A stretch of 64,000 bases of DNA from a virus: the IMG/VR virus record IMGVR_UViG_3300009034_000014, positions 1-64,000 of that record; one strand, written 5' to 3'. Shown in pieces: positions 1-8,412 of this stretch (positions within the stretch are counted from its first letter, which is position 1; the number at the start of each line of letters is the position of its first letter). Position numbers and translations under genes: made by a program. The notes under the pieces are model-generated. The model made no database searches. It was not told the origin of the DNA and worked only from the letters and a program-made list of their open reading frames with translations.

Positions 1-564
1 TCCGGATCAGCTTCCGGCAAAATGTTCTGTTGGCGGCGTGGCCGGCGGCCCTGGCGTACCCGGCGGCCCTGGCGTACCTGGCGGCGTACCCGGCGGCGTC
101 CCCGGCGGCCCTGGCGGCGTCCCCGGCGGCGGCGGCCCAGGCGGCGTCCCCGGCGGCCCTGGCGGCGACAACTGCCCCGAGGACCCCGGCGGCGGCCAAC
201 TCTTCATCTGTAGCCTCGCCTCGCAACCAAGCGCGCTTCACGCGGATCGCGTCCCAACTCCGCTTGTCCGGCTCACGCCCGGCCTTGCGCTCTCGCTTCA
301 GCGCCCACTCGGCGCACCAGCACGCAAACTCGTGTAGGATCGGGGCCGGAATCATCTCCTCACGAAGCACCACCCAAGCACCACCCAGAACCGATCCACA
401 ATCGGTACTCGCCGCATTCGCAAAATTTCCAGGGCGGTTAGATACTTCTTCCTGCCAAACAGCTCTCGGATATATCTCTCGTTGTAGGGTCCATGCGTCT
501 GCTTGCGCAAACCGCAGGGTTTCCAAGAAATCACATCCGTGACCGTGCAACGTAGCTTCTTCAT
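1..564 (-). pseudogene. Frameshifted paralog of the Ala-rich (Imm5-like) protein at 2825..3415; runs off the window edge
   Basis: Starts MKKLRCTVTDVISW like the 3415 copy. An 11-nt tandem duplication (aagcaccaccc at 365-375 and 376-386) shifts the frame; removing it restores WVVLREEMIPAPILHEFACWCAEW...RTFCRKLIR. Confidence 0.75.
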
Positions 565-620
565 TTTCCCTCCAGCCTCCGGATCAGCTTCTGGCAAAAA
601 AAAGTACGGTCCGTTTCCAT
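561..620 (-). CDS. 19-aa mini-ORF METDRTFFCQKLIRRLEGK, remnant carrying the C-terminal tail of the same family
   Basis: GGGAGG RBS; tail matches FCRKLIRMLEG of 2825..3415; stop overlaps the next ATG (ATGA). Confidence 0.5.
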   Translation of the reverse strand: METDRTFFCQKLIRRLEGK

Positions 621-630
621 CCTCCCACCA

Positions 631-828
631 CTAGAACAGCCTTCCTTGTCCCAGCTTCGGCGTAAATTCGTCGCAGACCTCGTCATCCTCAATGCGGACC
701 TTACTAGTTGTGGAACACACGCCTATCTGTATTCGTTTACCACCCTCAGTGTGGGTCCCGTAATTATGCTCAAACCCATCGTCCTCAATCATGGTATCTT
801 TCCATGCTTTGCAATCGCCGCAAGTCAA
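631..828 (-). CDS. Small Cys-containing hypothetical protein
   Basis: CGDC...C...C; ATGA coupling to the upstream gene. Confidence 0.65.
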   Translation of the reverse strand: MTCGDCKAWKDTMIEDDGFEHNYGTHTEGGKRIQIGVCSTTSKVRIEDDEVCDEFTPKLGQGRLF

Positions 829-1046
829 CTTTGCCGCTCCTCCTCTTCCTGCGCGACAATCAGTTCCACGGGCACAACGCCGTAGTCCTTTCTGCTCCCA
901 GGAGCGAGTAGAAGCAGATAGTCAGACATCGCCATCTTGCGTTCTGGGTACAGCATCAAGGTCCCCCGATACCCGAGAGAATCTAGCGGATCGGTGGAGT
1001 CAATTTTCCCGATCATCCACCAGGTTTTTTTGTTGGCTCCGCTCAT
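825..1046 (-). CDS. Hypothetical protein
   Basis: Tightly packed minus-strand ORF. Confidence 0.6.
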   Translation of the reverse strand: MSGANKKTWWMIGKIDSTDPLDSLGYRGTLMLYPERKMAMSDYLLLLAPGSRKDYGVVPVELIVAQEEEERQS

Positions 1047-1050
1047 GACT

Positions 1051-1272
1051 TCACTTGCTCGGCTCGCGCTTTGCTTTCTTCCGCAACGAACGCGGTTGAG
1101 GTCCGATGAACTGCTTCACGTCGATCCGGAAGTCATCGAGGCCGACCTTTCGCCCAAGATGCTTCTCCGCGACGCGCAGCGCGTCTTCTTTCGCCTCCTT
1201 TGCCGTACGACCAACGCCGGAGTACATGGTTTTGCGATCATAGAGCCTGCAGTTCCAGTACTTAGTTCTCAT
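1051..1272 (-). CDS. Basic hypothetical protein
   Basis: Tightly packed, coupled ORF. Confidence 0.6.
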   Translation of the reverse strand: MRTKYWNCRLYDRKTMYSGVGRTAKEAKEDALRVAEKHLGRKVGLDDFRIDVKQFIGPQPRSLRKKAKREPSK

Positions 1273-1499
1273 TCCCTTACGACCTCCGCGCGTACGATTC
1301 GCGCAACGTCAACGACCTTCTCCGGATCGTTGTCAAGCTGTAGTTCCTGTACACAGTTCACTTCCCGTCCATCCAGTTCGAAATGGGATTCCTTCGTGCC
1401 AGTGAACTCACCGGACAAGTAAACGCCGTCCTTCGTCTCGATGTTCATGTGCCTACCTTGCAGCGGCTTCAGATTCACGTTCCATGCCCATCGTGCCAT
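1269..1499 (-). CDS. Hypothetical protein
   Basis: Start chosen at MARWAW after a GGAG RBS; coupled to the next gene. Confidence 0.6.
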   Translation of the reverse strand: MARWAWNVNLKPLQGRHMNIETKDGVYLSGEFTGTKESHFELDGREVNCVQELQLDNDPEKVVDVARIVRAEVVRE

Positions 1500-1522
1500 G
1501 ATAGTTTCTCCTTCCCTGTGGG

Positions 1523-1756
1523 TTAATAGTCGCCAAGGCTTGACAGAAAGAGCGCTATGCTCTCGCATGCCTTGGCGTACTGATCGTAGCATTTCTTGTT
1601 ACAGTAGCGCTTCGGTTTCGGAATCTCCGCGCCACATACCGCGCAGCGATCGCAGCCGAAGAAGGTAATCTCACCGCGCGAACGCAGGCGCTTGAAGAGT
1701 GCGGCTTCCGCAGGATTCATGTACAGACTATCTGATTTTATGAAGCTGTCCATCAT
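1523..1756 (-). CDS. Zn-ribbon protein (CAVCG...YCNKKC)
   Basis: CxxC / CxxxC motifs. Confidence 0.6.
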   Translation of the reverse strand: MMDSFIKSDSLYMNPAEAALFKRLRSRGEITFFGCDRCAVCGAEIPKPKRYCNKKCYDQYAKACESIALFLSSLGDY

Positions 1757-1761
1757 TTACC

Positions 1762-2097
1762 TCAGTCGTTCGCGTAGATCTTCTCCTGGTATCTTCTTTT
1801 CCAGTGCGCGGCCATATCCACCGCGGTGGCCAACTTTCGCTCCACGTTCTCGATCCATTCTACCAAGGTTTCAGATTCGGGATCGTAGTTATGTTTGGCG
1901 GCCGCCTCCTCGATGGATCTCAAGGTTCGCTGTTCTTCGTTCAAGGCAGTGCGGGCTCGATCCAGACTGCGGGCCAAGAACACCATGTAGTCGTGCGCGT
2001 GATTCAGTCCGTCGCGGAGCCCAGGATCCTCCGACCTGCGCTCGGCCTCCTCCGCGCACCAGTCGACTATGCTCATTTTTGGGTCGTCTCCCATCAC
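1762..2097 (-). CDS. Hypothetical coiled-coil protein
   Basis: Packed ORF. Confidence 0.6.
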   Translation of the reverse strand: MMGDDPKMSIVDWCAEEAERRSEDPGLRDGLNHAHDYMVFLARSLDRARTALNEEQRTLRSIEEAAAKHNYDPESETLVEWIENVERKLATAVDMAAHWKRRYQEKIYAND

Positions 2098-2192
2098 TCA
2101 CTCCTTTTCTGTTTCCCGCCTGATCTCTTCACGTAGATCGTCCAGAAGCGAACAATGTGTTTCTTCGCCCATTCGATCTTGGTCTGGCTCAT
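2094..2192 (-). pseudogene. 32-aa mini-ORF starting MSQTKIEW; possible stub of a Gp37Gp68/DUF5131 gene
   Basis: GGAGGAG RBS; coupled on both sides; N-terminus recalls the TKIEW start of that family. Confidence 0.4.
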
Positions 2193-2365
2193 GACTCCTC
2201 CCTCCTGAATGCTAGGCGGGGATTCCCCTCGCTCTCTGAAAGAATCATGTAGCCGCAATCACACTCGACGGGCGCGACTCCTCCAGGGGGTAATTCATCC
2301 GCCCAGATCCAGCGCGTCTTGTTCTTGCGCCCACACTCCGGGCAAGTGACTATGTAGGTTGGCAT
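2189..2365 (-). CDS. 58-aa Zn-ribbon protein (MPTYIVTCPECG...CDCG)
   Basis: Hand translation, below the ORF-track cutoff; CxxC and CxC motifs. Confidence 0.65.
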   Translation of the reverse strand: MPTYIVTCPECGRKNKTRWIWADELPPGGVAPVECDCGYMILSESEGNPRLAFRREES

Positions 2366-2439
2366 TTCTTCGTCCCGTCGATAACTTCCAGCAGTTCGCC
2401 AACACTGTTAGCCCAACTGCTAGCAATATAGATTTTCAT
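2350..2439 (-). pseudogene. 29-aa mini-ORF MKIYIASSWANSVGELLEVI...; possible internally deleted nucleoside-deoxyribosyltransferase-like gene
   Basis: Hand translation; MKIY(I/V)ASSW start recalls that family; ATGA coupling. Confidence 0.4.
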
Positions 2440-2825
2440 ATCCTCATCTCCTGTTGACCGTCGTTTTCCAGTCGGTAGCTGGTATGGCTGAGCAACCCAT
2501 CGCTCTCCACCGTGGTCCAGATCGTACTTATCCCGATCAGTAGCCGCCGGGCCTGGGCCACGTAGGTGCTGACCGTCTTGGCCCGAACCCCCAAGGCTTC
2601 CGCGAGTTCCGACAGGTACATGTACCTGTTTTTTCTCAGAAGCCAGATTAGCCGTTCACTTGGTATTCCTGTCCGCTTCCTGGCCTCTGCGATCTGGCCG
2701 GACTTGAATCCGCGCTCCATGAGCTGCACGTTGTCAAGAGAAGGATCGCTCTGGATCAGAACGGCAATCCGCTCAATCTTCGACTCGCGTTCACGCTTTC
2801 GACAACTTTTATCTTTACCGGCCAT
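2436..2825 (-). CDS. HTH DNA-binding protein; N-terminal half paralogous to 3441..3650
   Basis: LSELAEALGVRAKTVSTYVAQAR HTH; shared IERIAxL...NVQLMERGF(K/R)SGQI; TGATG coupling. Confidence 0.75.
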   Translation of the reverse strand: MAGKDKSCRKRERESKIERIAVLIQSDPSLDNVQLMERGFKSGQIAEARKRTGIPSERLIWLLRKNRYMYLSELAEALGVRAKTVSTYVAQARRLLIGISTIWTTVESDGLLSHTSYRLENDGQQEMRI

Positions 2826-3415
2826 CAATTCCTCCCCCGCGGCGGGGAAGGATCCAGCCCGCCGGTTCCCTCCAGCATCCGGATCAGCTTCCGGCAAAAT
2901 GTTCTGTTGGCGGCGTCCCTGGCGGCGTCCGCATCCTCCACCGTCGCCCTCGCCGCCCTCGCCGCCCAAATCGCCGCCATCGCCGCCGGGTCCTCCTCCA
3001 GGGCCGGAGCCGCCGCCAGGGCCGCCGCAACCGCCGCCGCCCTCGCCTCCGCCAACGCCTCCGCCGCCTCCGCCTCCGCCTCCGCCTCCGCCAACTCCTC
3101 GTTGGTAGCAGCCCCGCACAACCAAGCGCGCTTCACGCGGATCGCGTCCCAGCTCCGCTTGTCCGGCTCACGCCCGGCCTTGCGCTCTCGCTTCAGCGCC
3201 CACTCGGCGCACCAGCACGCAAACTCGTGTAGGATCGGGGCCGGAATCATCTCCTCACGAAGCACCACCCACAAAATTTCCAGGGCGGTCAGGTATTTCC
3301 GCCGACCGAACATCTCTCGGATGTACTTTTCATTGTAAGGACCTTCCGCTGGATAGTGTAGCCCGCAGGGTTCCCAGGAAATCACGTCCGTGACCGTGCA
3401 ACGTAGCTTCTTCAT
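2825..3415 (-). CDS. Imm5-like Ala-rich phage protein
   Basis: FACWCAEWAL...PDKRSWDAIRVKRAWLxGxAT followed by an Ala-rich tract; GGAGG RBS. Confidence 0.75.
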   Translation of the reverse strand: MKKLRCTVTDVISWEPCGLHYPAEGPYNEKYIREMFGRRKYLTALEILWVVLREEMIPAPILHEFACWCAEWALKRERKAGREPDKRSWDAIRVKRAWLCGAATNEELAEAEAEAEAAEALAEARAAAVAAALAAAPALEEDPAAMAAIWAARAARATVEDADAARDAANRTFCRKLIRMLEGTGGLDPSPPRGRN

Positions 3416-3440
3416 TTTCCCTCCTCTGAACCGCACCTCT

Positions 3441-3650
3441 TCATGCTGCACCATCCATTTCCTCCCGCGTTAACAAAACCGATTGGGGAGGTCTGACTCC
3501 CGTTCGTTGCCTCGCTTCTTCGATCTGCCCGGATCTGAACCCGCGTTCCATGAGCTGCACATTGGTCAGCGAGTGATCACCACGAAGCAGATCAGCAATC
3601 CGCTCGATCCGCTTCTCGCGCTCCTGCTTTCTCCAACTATGATCGGTCAT
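3441..3650 (-). CDS. Small protein, paralog of the 2436..2825 N-terminus
   Basis: Visible alignment of the two translations. Confidence 0.7.
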   Translation of the reverse strand: MTDHSWRKQEREKRIERIADLLRGDHSLTNVQLMERGFRSGQIEEARQRTGVRPPQSVLLTREEMDGAA

Positions 3651-3692
3651 GCGCTCCTCTACTCGCACCATTCGGATTGATGATCTCGTAAA

Positions 3693-4319
3693 TCATTTTA
3701 CCTCCTCCAGTTTGAAAGCCATTCTGACTAACTCTGGATTGTCCTCGACTCGCTCTCCTGGTTTGCGGTGTAGTTCAGCCCACAGGGAAAAAAAGAATTC
3801 GCGGAATGTCCAATCCTTCGGCACATAGCGCGCGGTTACTGGAATCATCGGTTTTTTGTTTTGGTTTACGATGAGCCGCACTCCTTCTGCTTTCGCCTCT
3901 TCCTCCGTTATATCGTGCAAATGCTCAAGCCTCGCGTCCTCGGTTGCGCGCAGCCAGATACGTGCGTATTTCTTGAACATGAACATAGGTGATCGCCATG
4001 GTCCATGATCGCCTCCGGGTCTGGTCGACCAATAATACTTTGAGAAGTTGTGTGGTGTTTCTCCGCACGGGTAGATCAGTTTCGTTTTTAGTTTGTGTCC
4101 TTGGTGAACTCGATACTCGACGATCCCGCGAACAGTGTGACGACCATAACTTCCCGTACCCTCCTGACACTGGAGCGGACGCCAGGCTTCTTGGATATAG
4201 AGCCTGCGTCCTTTCTTAGTCTTCAGCCATGATCGGTTCAGGCGCCGGGTGACGGTCTTAACCCCATCTAGGATTTCGAGTATCAGGTTATCCCGGAACA
4301 TAATGCCTCGGTCTTTCAT
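3693..4319 (-). CDS. Conserved phage protein, ASCH-like (ILDGVKTVTRR...WRSPMFM...ARIWL...HDITEEEAKAEG)
   Basis: Motif recognition. Confidence 0.75.
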   Translation of the reverse strand: MKDRGIMFRDNLILEILDGVKTVTRRLNRSWLKTKKGRRLYIQEAWRPLQCQEGTGSYGRHTVRGIVEYRVHQGHKLKTKLIYPCGETPHNFSKYYWSTRPGGDHGPWRSPMFMFKKYARIWLRATEDARLEHLHDITEEEAKAEGVRLIVNQNKKPMIPVTARYVPKDWTFREFFFSLWAELHRKPGERVEDNPELVRMAFKLEEVK

Positions 4320-4669
4320 GGCGACCAGTACCTCTCTTCCTCGTACTCGTCGTCTTCGGGCTCTGGCTGTAACCGTTTTCGCTGTTGGTCCACAAAGCGA
4401 TCGATGCTCCAGACAACCATGGGATGCGGGCAGTACTTAGCTGCGGCCACCTTGGCTGTTGCTTCGTCCACGATCGTCAACCTGAAAATCGCGTTCTGGC
4501 CCAGCAGCGAGGTATAGCCCGGAGTTTCGTTTCCAGAGTCCACATCCACGCGCACGAAGCTGCACGCACCGATCGTCTGGCCAGTCACTTTGCCCGCGAT
4601 GGTGCCGTGACCAAAGAGTTCAACAACCGCGTATTCGTCGCAGCTCTGTATCTCGCCGTTCATGCTCAC
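4316..4669 (-). CDS. Conserved phage hypothetical protein (AVVELFGH...AG...FVRVDV)
   Basis: Motif typical of phage accessory proteins; coupled ORF. Confidence 0.7.
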   Translation of the reverse strand: MSMNGEIQSCDEYAVVELFGHGTIAGKVTGQTIGACSFVRVDVDSGNETPGYTSLLGQNAIFRLTIVDEATAKVAAAKYCPHPMVVWSIDRFVDQQRKRLQPEPEDDEYEEERYWSP

Positions 4670-4884
4670 TGTCCTATCACCGGCTGGAGTATGATCCGGC
4701 CAGGTTTTTCGTTCTCGACGTGCGCCACGATCCAGCTACTGCGTTCTGTCCGCCTCGCACTGCCAGGAAGTTTTCGAACCCAGGTGATCTCAACCTGCGT
4801 GCCTACCGATGGTATAGGCAGCCAGCCCCGTGGTATTTCCTTGGCATCCGAGAATTTCTTAATCTCGCCGGTCTTGGGATCCAT
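4666..4884 (-). CDS. Hypothetical protein
   Basis: GAGGT RBS; first gene after leader element 1. Confidence 0.65.
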   Translation of the reverse strand: MDPKTGEIKKFSDAKEIPRGWLPIPSVGTQVEITWVRKLPGSARRTERSSWIVAHVENEKPGRIILQPVIGQ

Positions 4885-4899
4885 TTATGCACCTCGTTC

Positions 4900-5080
4900 C
4901 TAAGCCACTCCACCCCTCTCAACCGGGCCGATGCCCACGGTAGTGGAACCCGGCTGAGAGGGGCTGGTGGCACAAAGTTCCCGAGCTTGACATGCAGACT
5001 CGGAGAGTTGATGCGCGACTTTTTTTTGGATCACCGTGGGCATCGTTTTGAATCCTAAATCATTCGATTAGCGATGTCAA
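4900..5080 (-). promoter_or_regulatory. Leader element 1: sigma70 promoter, leaderless uORF, hairpin with antisense loop
   Basis: TTGACA(5080-5075)-17-TAGGAT; uORF 5043..4900; 5033-5045 is the exact reverse complement of loop 4929-4941; stem 4913-4927/4949-4963. Confidence 0.75.
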
Positions 5081-5364
5081 GCTGAAAAGACCTTGTCCTG
5101 AAAAAAATCGACGGTATGGCAGTATCGGAAAAATGACCATCGCAATCCGGTATCGTCTGTTATGATCTCGGTGCGGATGCGCCAGCCCTCTGGACACAGC
5201 TTCCGCGCCCTGGACAACAACGAGGATAGGCTACGCCCGCGACGACCGAATTCTTTTTCCAGCCTTCGGCGGCCGATGGCTCTACCTGTGTTCCGTTTCC
5301 GCTGGAAGTAGCGGATCATCCGTTCAGGTTTTGATAACTTAGTCTTCGTCGTTACTTTAGCCAT
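5077..5364 (-). CDS. Basic putative HTH protein
   Basis: Helical basic pattern; start coupled to the uORF of leader element 2. Confidence 0.55.
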   Translation of the reverse strand: MAKVTTKTKLSKPERMIRYFQRKRNTGRAIGRRRLEKEFGRRGRSLSSLLSRARKLCPEGWRIRTEIITDDTGLRWSFFRYCHTVDFFQDKVFSA

Positions 5365-5510
5365 TGAAGATCCTAAACCGCCTCTCCCCACTTGGCCGGG
5401 TGACGATCTTGGCAAGGAGCCCCGACCAAGGGGGATCAGCGGAACTGGTTTGAGAATTTGCCAGGATCGTCATCGTTTCGTACCATAGACCACTCAAATG
5501 GTAATGTCAA
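5357..5510 (-). promoter_or_regulatory. Leader element 2 (same architecture)
   Basis: TTGACA(5510-5505)-17-TATGGT; uORF 5473..5357; 5458-5472 complementary (14/15) to loop 5401-5415; stem 5391-5400/5421-5430. Confidence 0.75.
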
Positions 5511-5519
5511 GTCGAAAGT

Positions 5520-5975
5520 TTAACAATTCCTCCACACGTAAGCCCACCACTGAGCGACGAGCACCGCATCCGCTTCGTCGTCTTCCACTTCCTGCCCGCG
5601 GAAGATACGCGCCAGCTTCTTGATCCCTTCCTTGTCCCCACGCTTCAGCATGTAGTACGCTTGCCAAGTTGCGGGATTGACCACAACGATCTCCATCCCG
5701 CGCAGCTTGGCCAAGATCTCCCAGAGGTACCGGCGGTAGAGCAGAGTCTTGATCCCTTTCGGGTTGCGGGGCTTGCGCTGGCCTTTGTGCGTAATGGTCG
5801 TCGCAATGAATTGATCCTCAATCACCAGAGTCTTGACGAACGAGTATTTCTTGAGCACGTTGAGGATCTTTTCGGTTTCGTCACCGTCCACCACGCCGCT
5901 GCGCTTTATGCAGCCTTCGTAGTACAATGCCCAGCCAGCGCGTTTCCCCGGGTCTATTGCAAGACAACCGCTCAT
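5520..5975 (-). CDS. RuvC-like Holliday junction resolvase
   Basis: LAIDPG, VIEDQ, VNPATW, DDEADA acidic catalytic motifs. Confidence 0.85.
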   Translation of the reverse strand: MSGCLAIDPGKRAGWALYYEGCIKRSGVVDGDETEKILNVLKKYSFVKTLVIEDQFIATTITHKGQRKPRNPKGIKTLLYRRYLWEILAKLRGMEIVVVNPATWQAYYMLKRGDKEGIKKLARIFRGQEVEDDEADAVLVAQWWAYVWRNC

Positions 5976-7168
5976 GGTCCAACGGCCAACCCATCCTCGA
6001 TCACAACTGCCACATCTCCGGTAGCGTCAATCCGCTCAAGCCACACCTGAGCATCGGCTTCGGCCGCCATCTTCCAGACCAGTTCCAGATTATCGGCGTC
6101 CAGATCGTTGCCGTTACGGATTAGCAAAACACTCAACTTGGGATTCATCGCTAATCCCATCGCTACCGATACACGGATACGCTCTGAAGTACTGGCCTGC
6201 TCGAATGGGATCCCCTGATAAGTGACACCATCGTCGTTCAAGCCAAGACCCTCGACAGGAAACCGCGCCCCTTTGATTTTCTTCTGCTTCAGCTCGTCGA
6301 ATAGTTGTATCTCTGCGGTGAACCCTTCTGCAGCGGCCTGCAGCGTTTCGAGTTCCTTCTTCTTCTCCATGTTCTCTTCTTTTAGCCGGATCCTCATGCT
6401 GATTTCATGGGCGTCCTTCATCCTCTTGACCAGCGGAGCTGGATCCTCGATAGGCTCCAGTTTACCGCCCAACTCCTTAAGATCTTGCCGCGCTTGTTCC
6501 AAATCCTTTGTCAGGGTTTCGACTCTTGACTTGGCGATGGTGTGCTCGCGTTTCGTTCGTTCCCGCTCGTTGTTGCTACGGTTGATCCTATCGATCTCGG
6601 CAGCTAGCTCATCGACGTTAGCTGGTTCACTCGGGGTATCGCTGAAGTCTCCCGCATCCAGCAGCAGCGCCTTGAGCCTCTTGATTTCCCGGTTGGTCTC
6701 GGTGCGCTGCGCGTACAGACTGGCCCGTTGGTTGTCTTGCTTGGCGAAGTCCAGCCCAGCGAGCTGCTTCAGAGTAGCGAGTTGTTTATCGGCCTCCATA
6801 CGGGAGAACTCCAGAGGATCGAAAGTCAACTCGCCGACTAGTGCATCAAGCACTTTCTGCGGTGAGCTATATTTCAGCCCCTCCCTGTTGCTCACCACGA
6901 GCGTTCCCCCGCCATTAGCGTTGATGACTCGCCTTACCACCAAGTCATCTGTTTCACAGACAATCGTTGCCTTATCCTCCCCTTCGCGGACGGGGCGGGC
7001 ACACTGCGCGGATTTCCCAGCAAAGGCATAAGCGATCGAATCCAAAGCGCTAGATTTTCCTTGGCCGTTCTTCCCCGCGATAACGACCACCGGACTACCG
7101 TCTGGTTCGATATGTATGGCCTTCAACTTCTTTACGTTCTCGGCTCTAAGACTTAATATTTTCGACAT
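5972..7168 (-). CDS. SMC/SbcC-like coiled-coil ATPase
   Basis: LRAENVKKL start, Walker A GKNGQGKS, long coiled coil, C-terminal ASTSE...VLLIR..DLD. Confidence 0.85.
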   Translation of the reverse strand: MSKILSLRAENVKKLKAIHIEPDGSPVVVIAGKNGQGKSSALDSIAYAFAGKSAQCARPVREGEDKATIVCETDDLVVRRVINANGGGTLVVSNREGLKYSSPQKVLDALVGELTFDPLEFSRMEADKQLATLKQLAGLDFAKQDNQRASLYAQRTETNREIKRLKALLLDAGDFSDTPSEPANVDELAAEIDRINRSNNERERTKREHTIAKSRVETLTKDLEQARQDLKELGGKLEPIEDPAPLVKRMKDAHEISMRIRLKEENMEKKKELETLQAAAEGFTAEIQLFDELKQKKIKGARFPVEGLGLNDDGVTYQGIPFEQASTSERIRVSVAMGLAMNPKLSVLLIRNGNDLDADNLELVWKMAAEADAQVWLERIDATGDVAVVIEDGLAVGP

Positions 7169-7194
7169 CGCTTTCACTCCCATTTCCGACCGGA

Positions 7195-7545
7195 TCAGAT
7201 ATTCGCCTGCCGGTCTTCGTCCTTCAACGCACGGGCATGCACGCGCTCGTTCGTATCGCAGCGGAAGATCACCACCACGCCCTTGTCGAAGTCTTGCTCC
7301 TCGTAGCATTCGATCTCCCTGAACTCACGTTTTGAGCGCACGATGTCTGATAGCTTGTCGAGCCGTTCCTTCAGATCCTTGATCTTGGCGCGATGATCCT
7401 TCGCCGACTTCTTCGCCGCTTCCTCCGTCTCGCCCAGCTCCTCGAACAGCTTCCCGAGCGTTCCGGCGCGCTCCACCATCTCAGGGTCAGTCAATTTAAC
7501 CGGACACTCGTGCTTCACTTTCTTGGTCTGAGATTTGTTAGCCAT
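7195..7545 (-). CDS. Hypothetical phage protein
   Basis: Charged helical ORF in the replication operon. Confidence 0.7.
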   Translation of the reverse strand: MANKSQTKKVKHECPVKLTDPEMVERAGTLGKLFEELGETEEAAKKSAKDHRAKIKDLKERLDKLSDIVRSKREFREIECYEEQDFDKGVVVIFRCDTNERVHARALKDEDRQANI

Positions 7546-7768
7546 CTTTCAGCGCCTCCCTTTCAAGTTTATCGTAGTCCTTCTTCCTGTCTTCTGATTC
7601 GCGGATCTTGATCACGAACTTTCTTCTCAGTCCGTCGATGAACGCTTCTTCTTCCTCCGGTGTTTTTCCCGTAGCCTTGGCGCCCATGCGCGCGGCCTTC
7701 TCGAACCCCTCCCACCAGGCCTTTCTCTTCTCCTCGTCTGTCGGTAACTTGAAATCGAAGTCGATCAC
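7538..7768 (-). CDS. Hypothetical protein
   Basis: Coupled ORF. Confidence 0.65.
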   Translation of the reverse strand: MIDFDFKLPTDEEKRKAWWEGFEKAARMGAKATGKTPEEEEAFIDGLRRKFVIKIRESEDRKKDYDKLEREALKDG

Positions 7769-8412
7769 TCTGGAACCTTTCTGTCTCTTGGCGTACCTCT
7801 ATAGCTCTGCCAATCGAATACTACTATATCGCAACCGTCCTCTTTTAGCCGATCTATCAGTCGCTCGCTTACGTAGTCGCGTAGCTCTGTCATGCCCAGA
7901 TTGGACACCAGCAGACTGGATAGTTCAGAACCGTACCGTTCGTTGAGAATGTCGAAGATGATTATATGTTCGCTATCGGTCCCGTACTGGGTGCCAACTT
8001 CGTCCAGGATGAGCAGATCGGCCAGAGTATATTTCTCGTAGACTTCCTTTTCAGACTCTTCCGCGCCATGGTTCCAGGCGGAGCGAAAGTGTTGGATCAT
8101 TTTGATCATGGTGGATGCGACTACAATTTTCTTGGCCAGGATTAGCTCGCGGGTGATGCCAGCTACGAGATGGTTCTTGCCGGTGCCGGGTCGACCAGTG
8201 AAGATCGCATTTCTGGGTCTGGAATTGCCCACCGTCTCGGCTATTTCTCTAGCTGTGCCCAGCGCGTGTTTCTGCCCATCTGTTTTCGCCTCGTAGTTGT
8301 CCAGAGTGCGGTTGACAAAACGCTTGGCAATGCCAAAGTCCTTCATGGTCTGGTCGATGTTTTTGATTCGCATACCAGCGCTGAACTCTTCGGACTGCGA
8401 TAGTTTTTTCAT
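7765..8412 (-). CDS. DnaC/IstB-like helicase-loader ATPase
   Basis: GRPGTGKNH Walker A, LLILDEVG Walker B, SNL, RLIDRL. Confidence 0.9.
   Translation of the reverse strand: MKKLSQSEEFSAGMRIKNIDQTMKDFGIAKRFVNRTLDNYEAKTDGQKHALGTAREIAETVGNSRPRNAIFTGRPGTGKNHLVAGITRELILAKKIVVASTMIKMIQHFRSAWNHGAEESEKEVYEKYTLADLLILDEVGTQYGTDSEHIIIFDILNERYGSELSSLLVSNLGMTELRDYVSERLIDRLKEDGCDIVVFDWQSYRGTPRDRKVPE

Noticed and set aside
30-200. CRISPR array or collagen-like ORFs in the GC-rich repeats (also 2900-3100)
   Set aside because: Short degenerate codon repeats of an Ala-rich protein with no repeat-spacer periodicity; the Pro/Gly-rich ORFs are alternate frames
1-3415. Diversity-generating retroelement (template/variable repeat pair)
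   Set aside because: Differences between the copies are indels and repeat changes rather than adenine-specific substitutions, and no reverse transcriptase is present in the window
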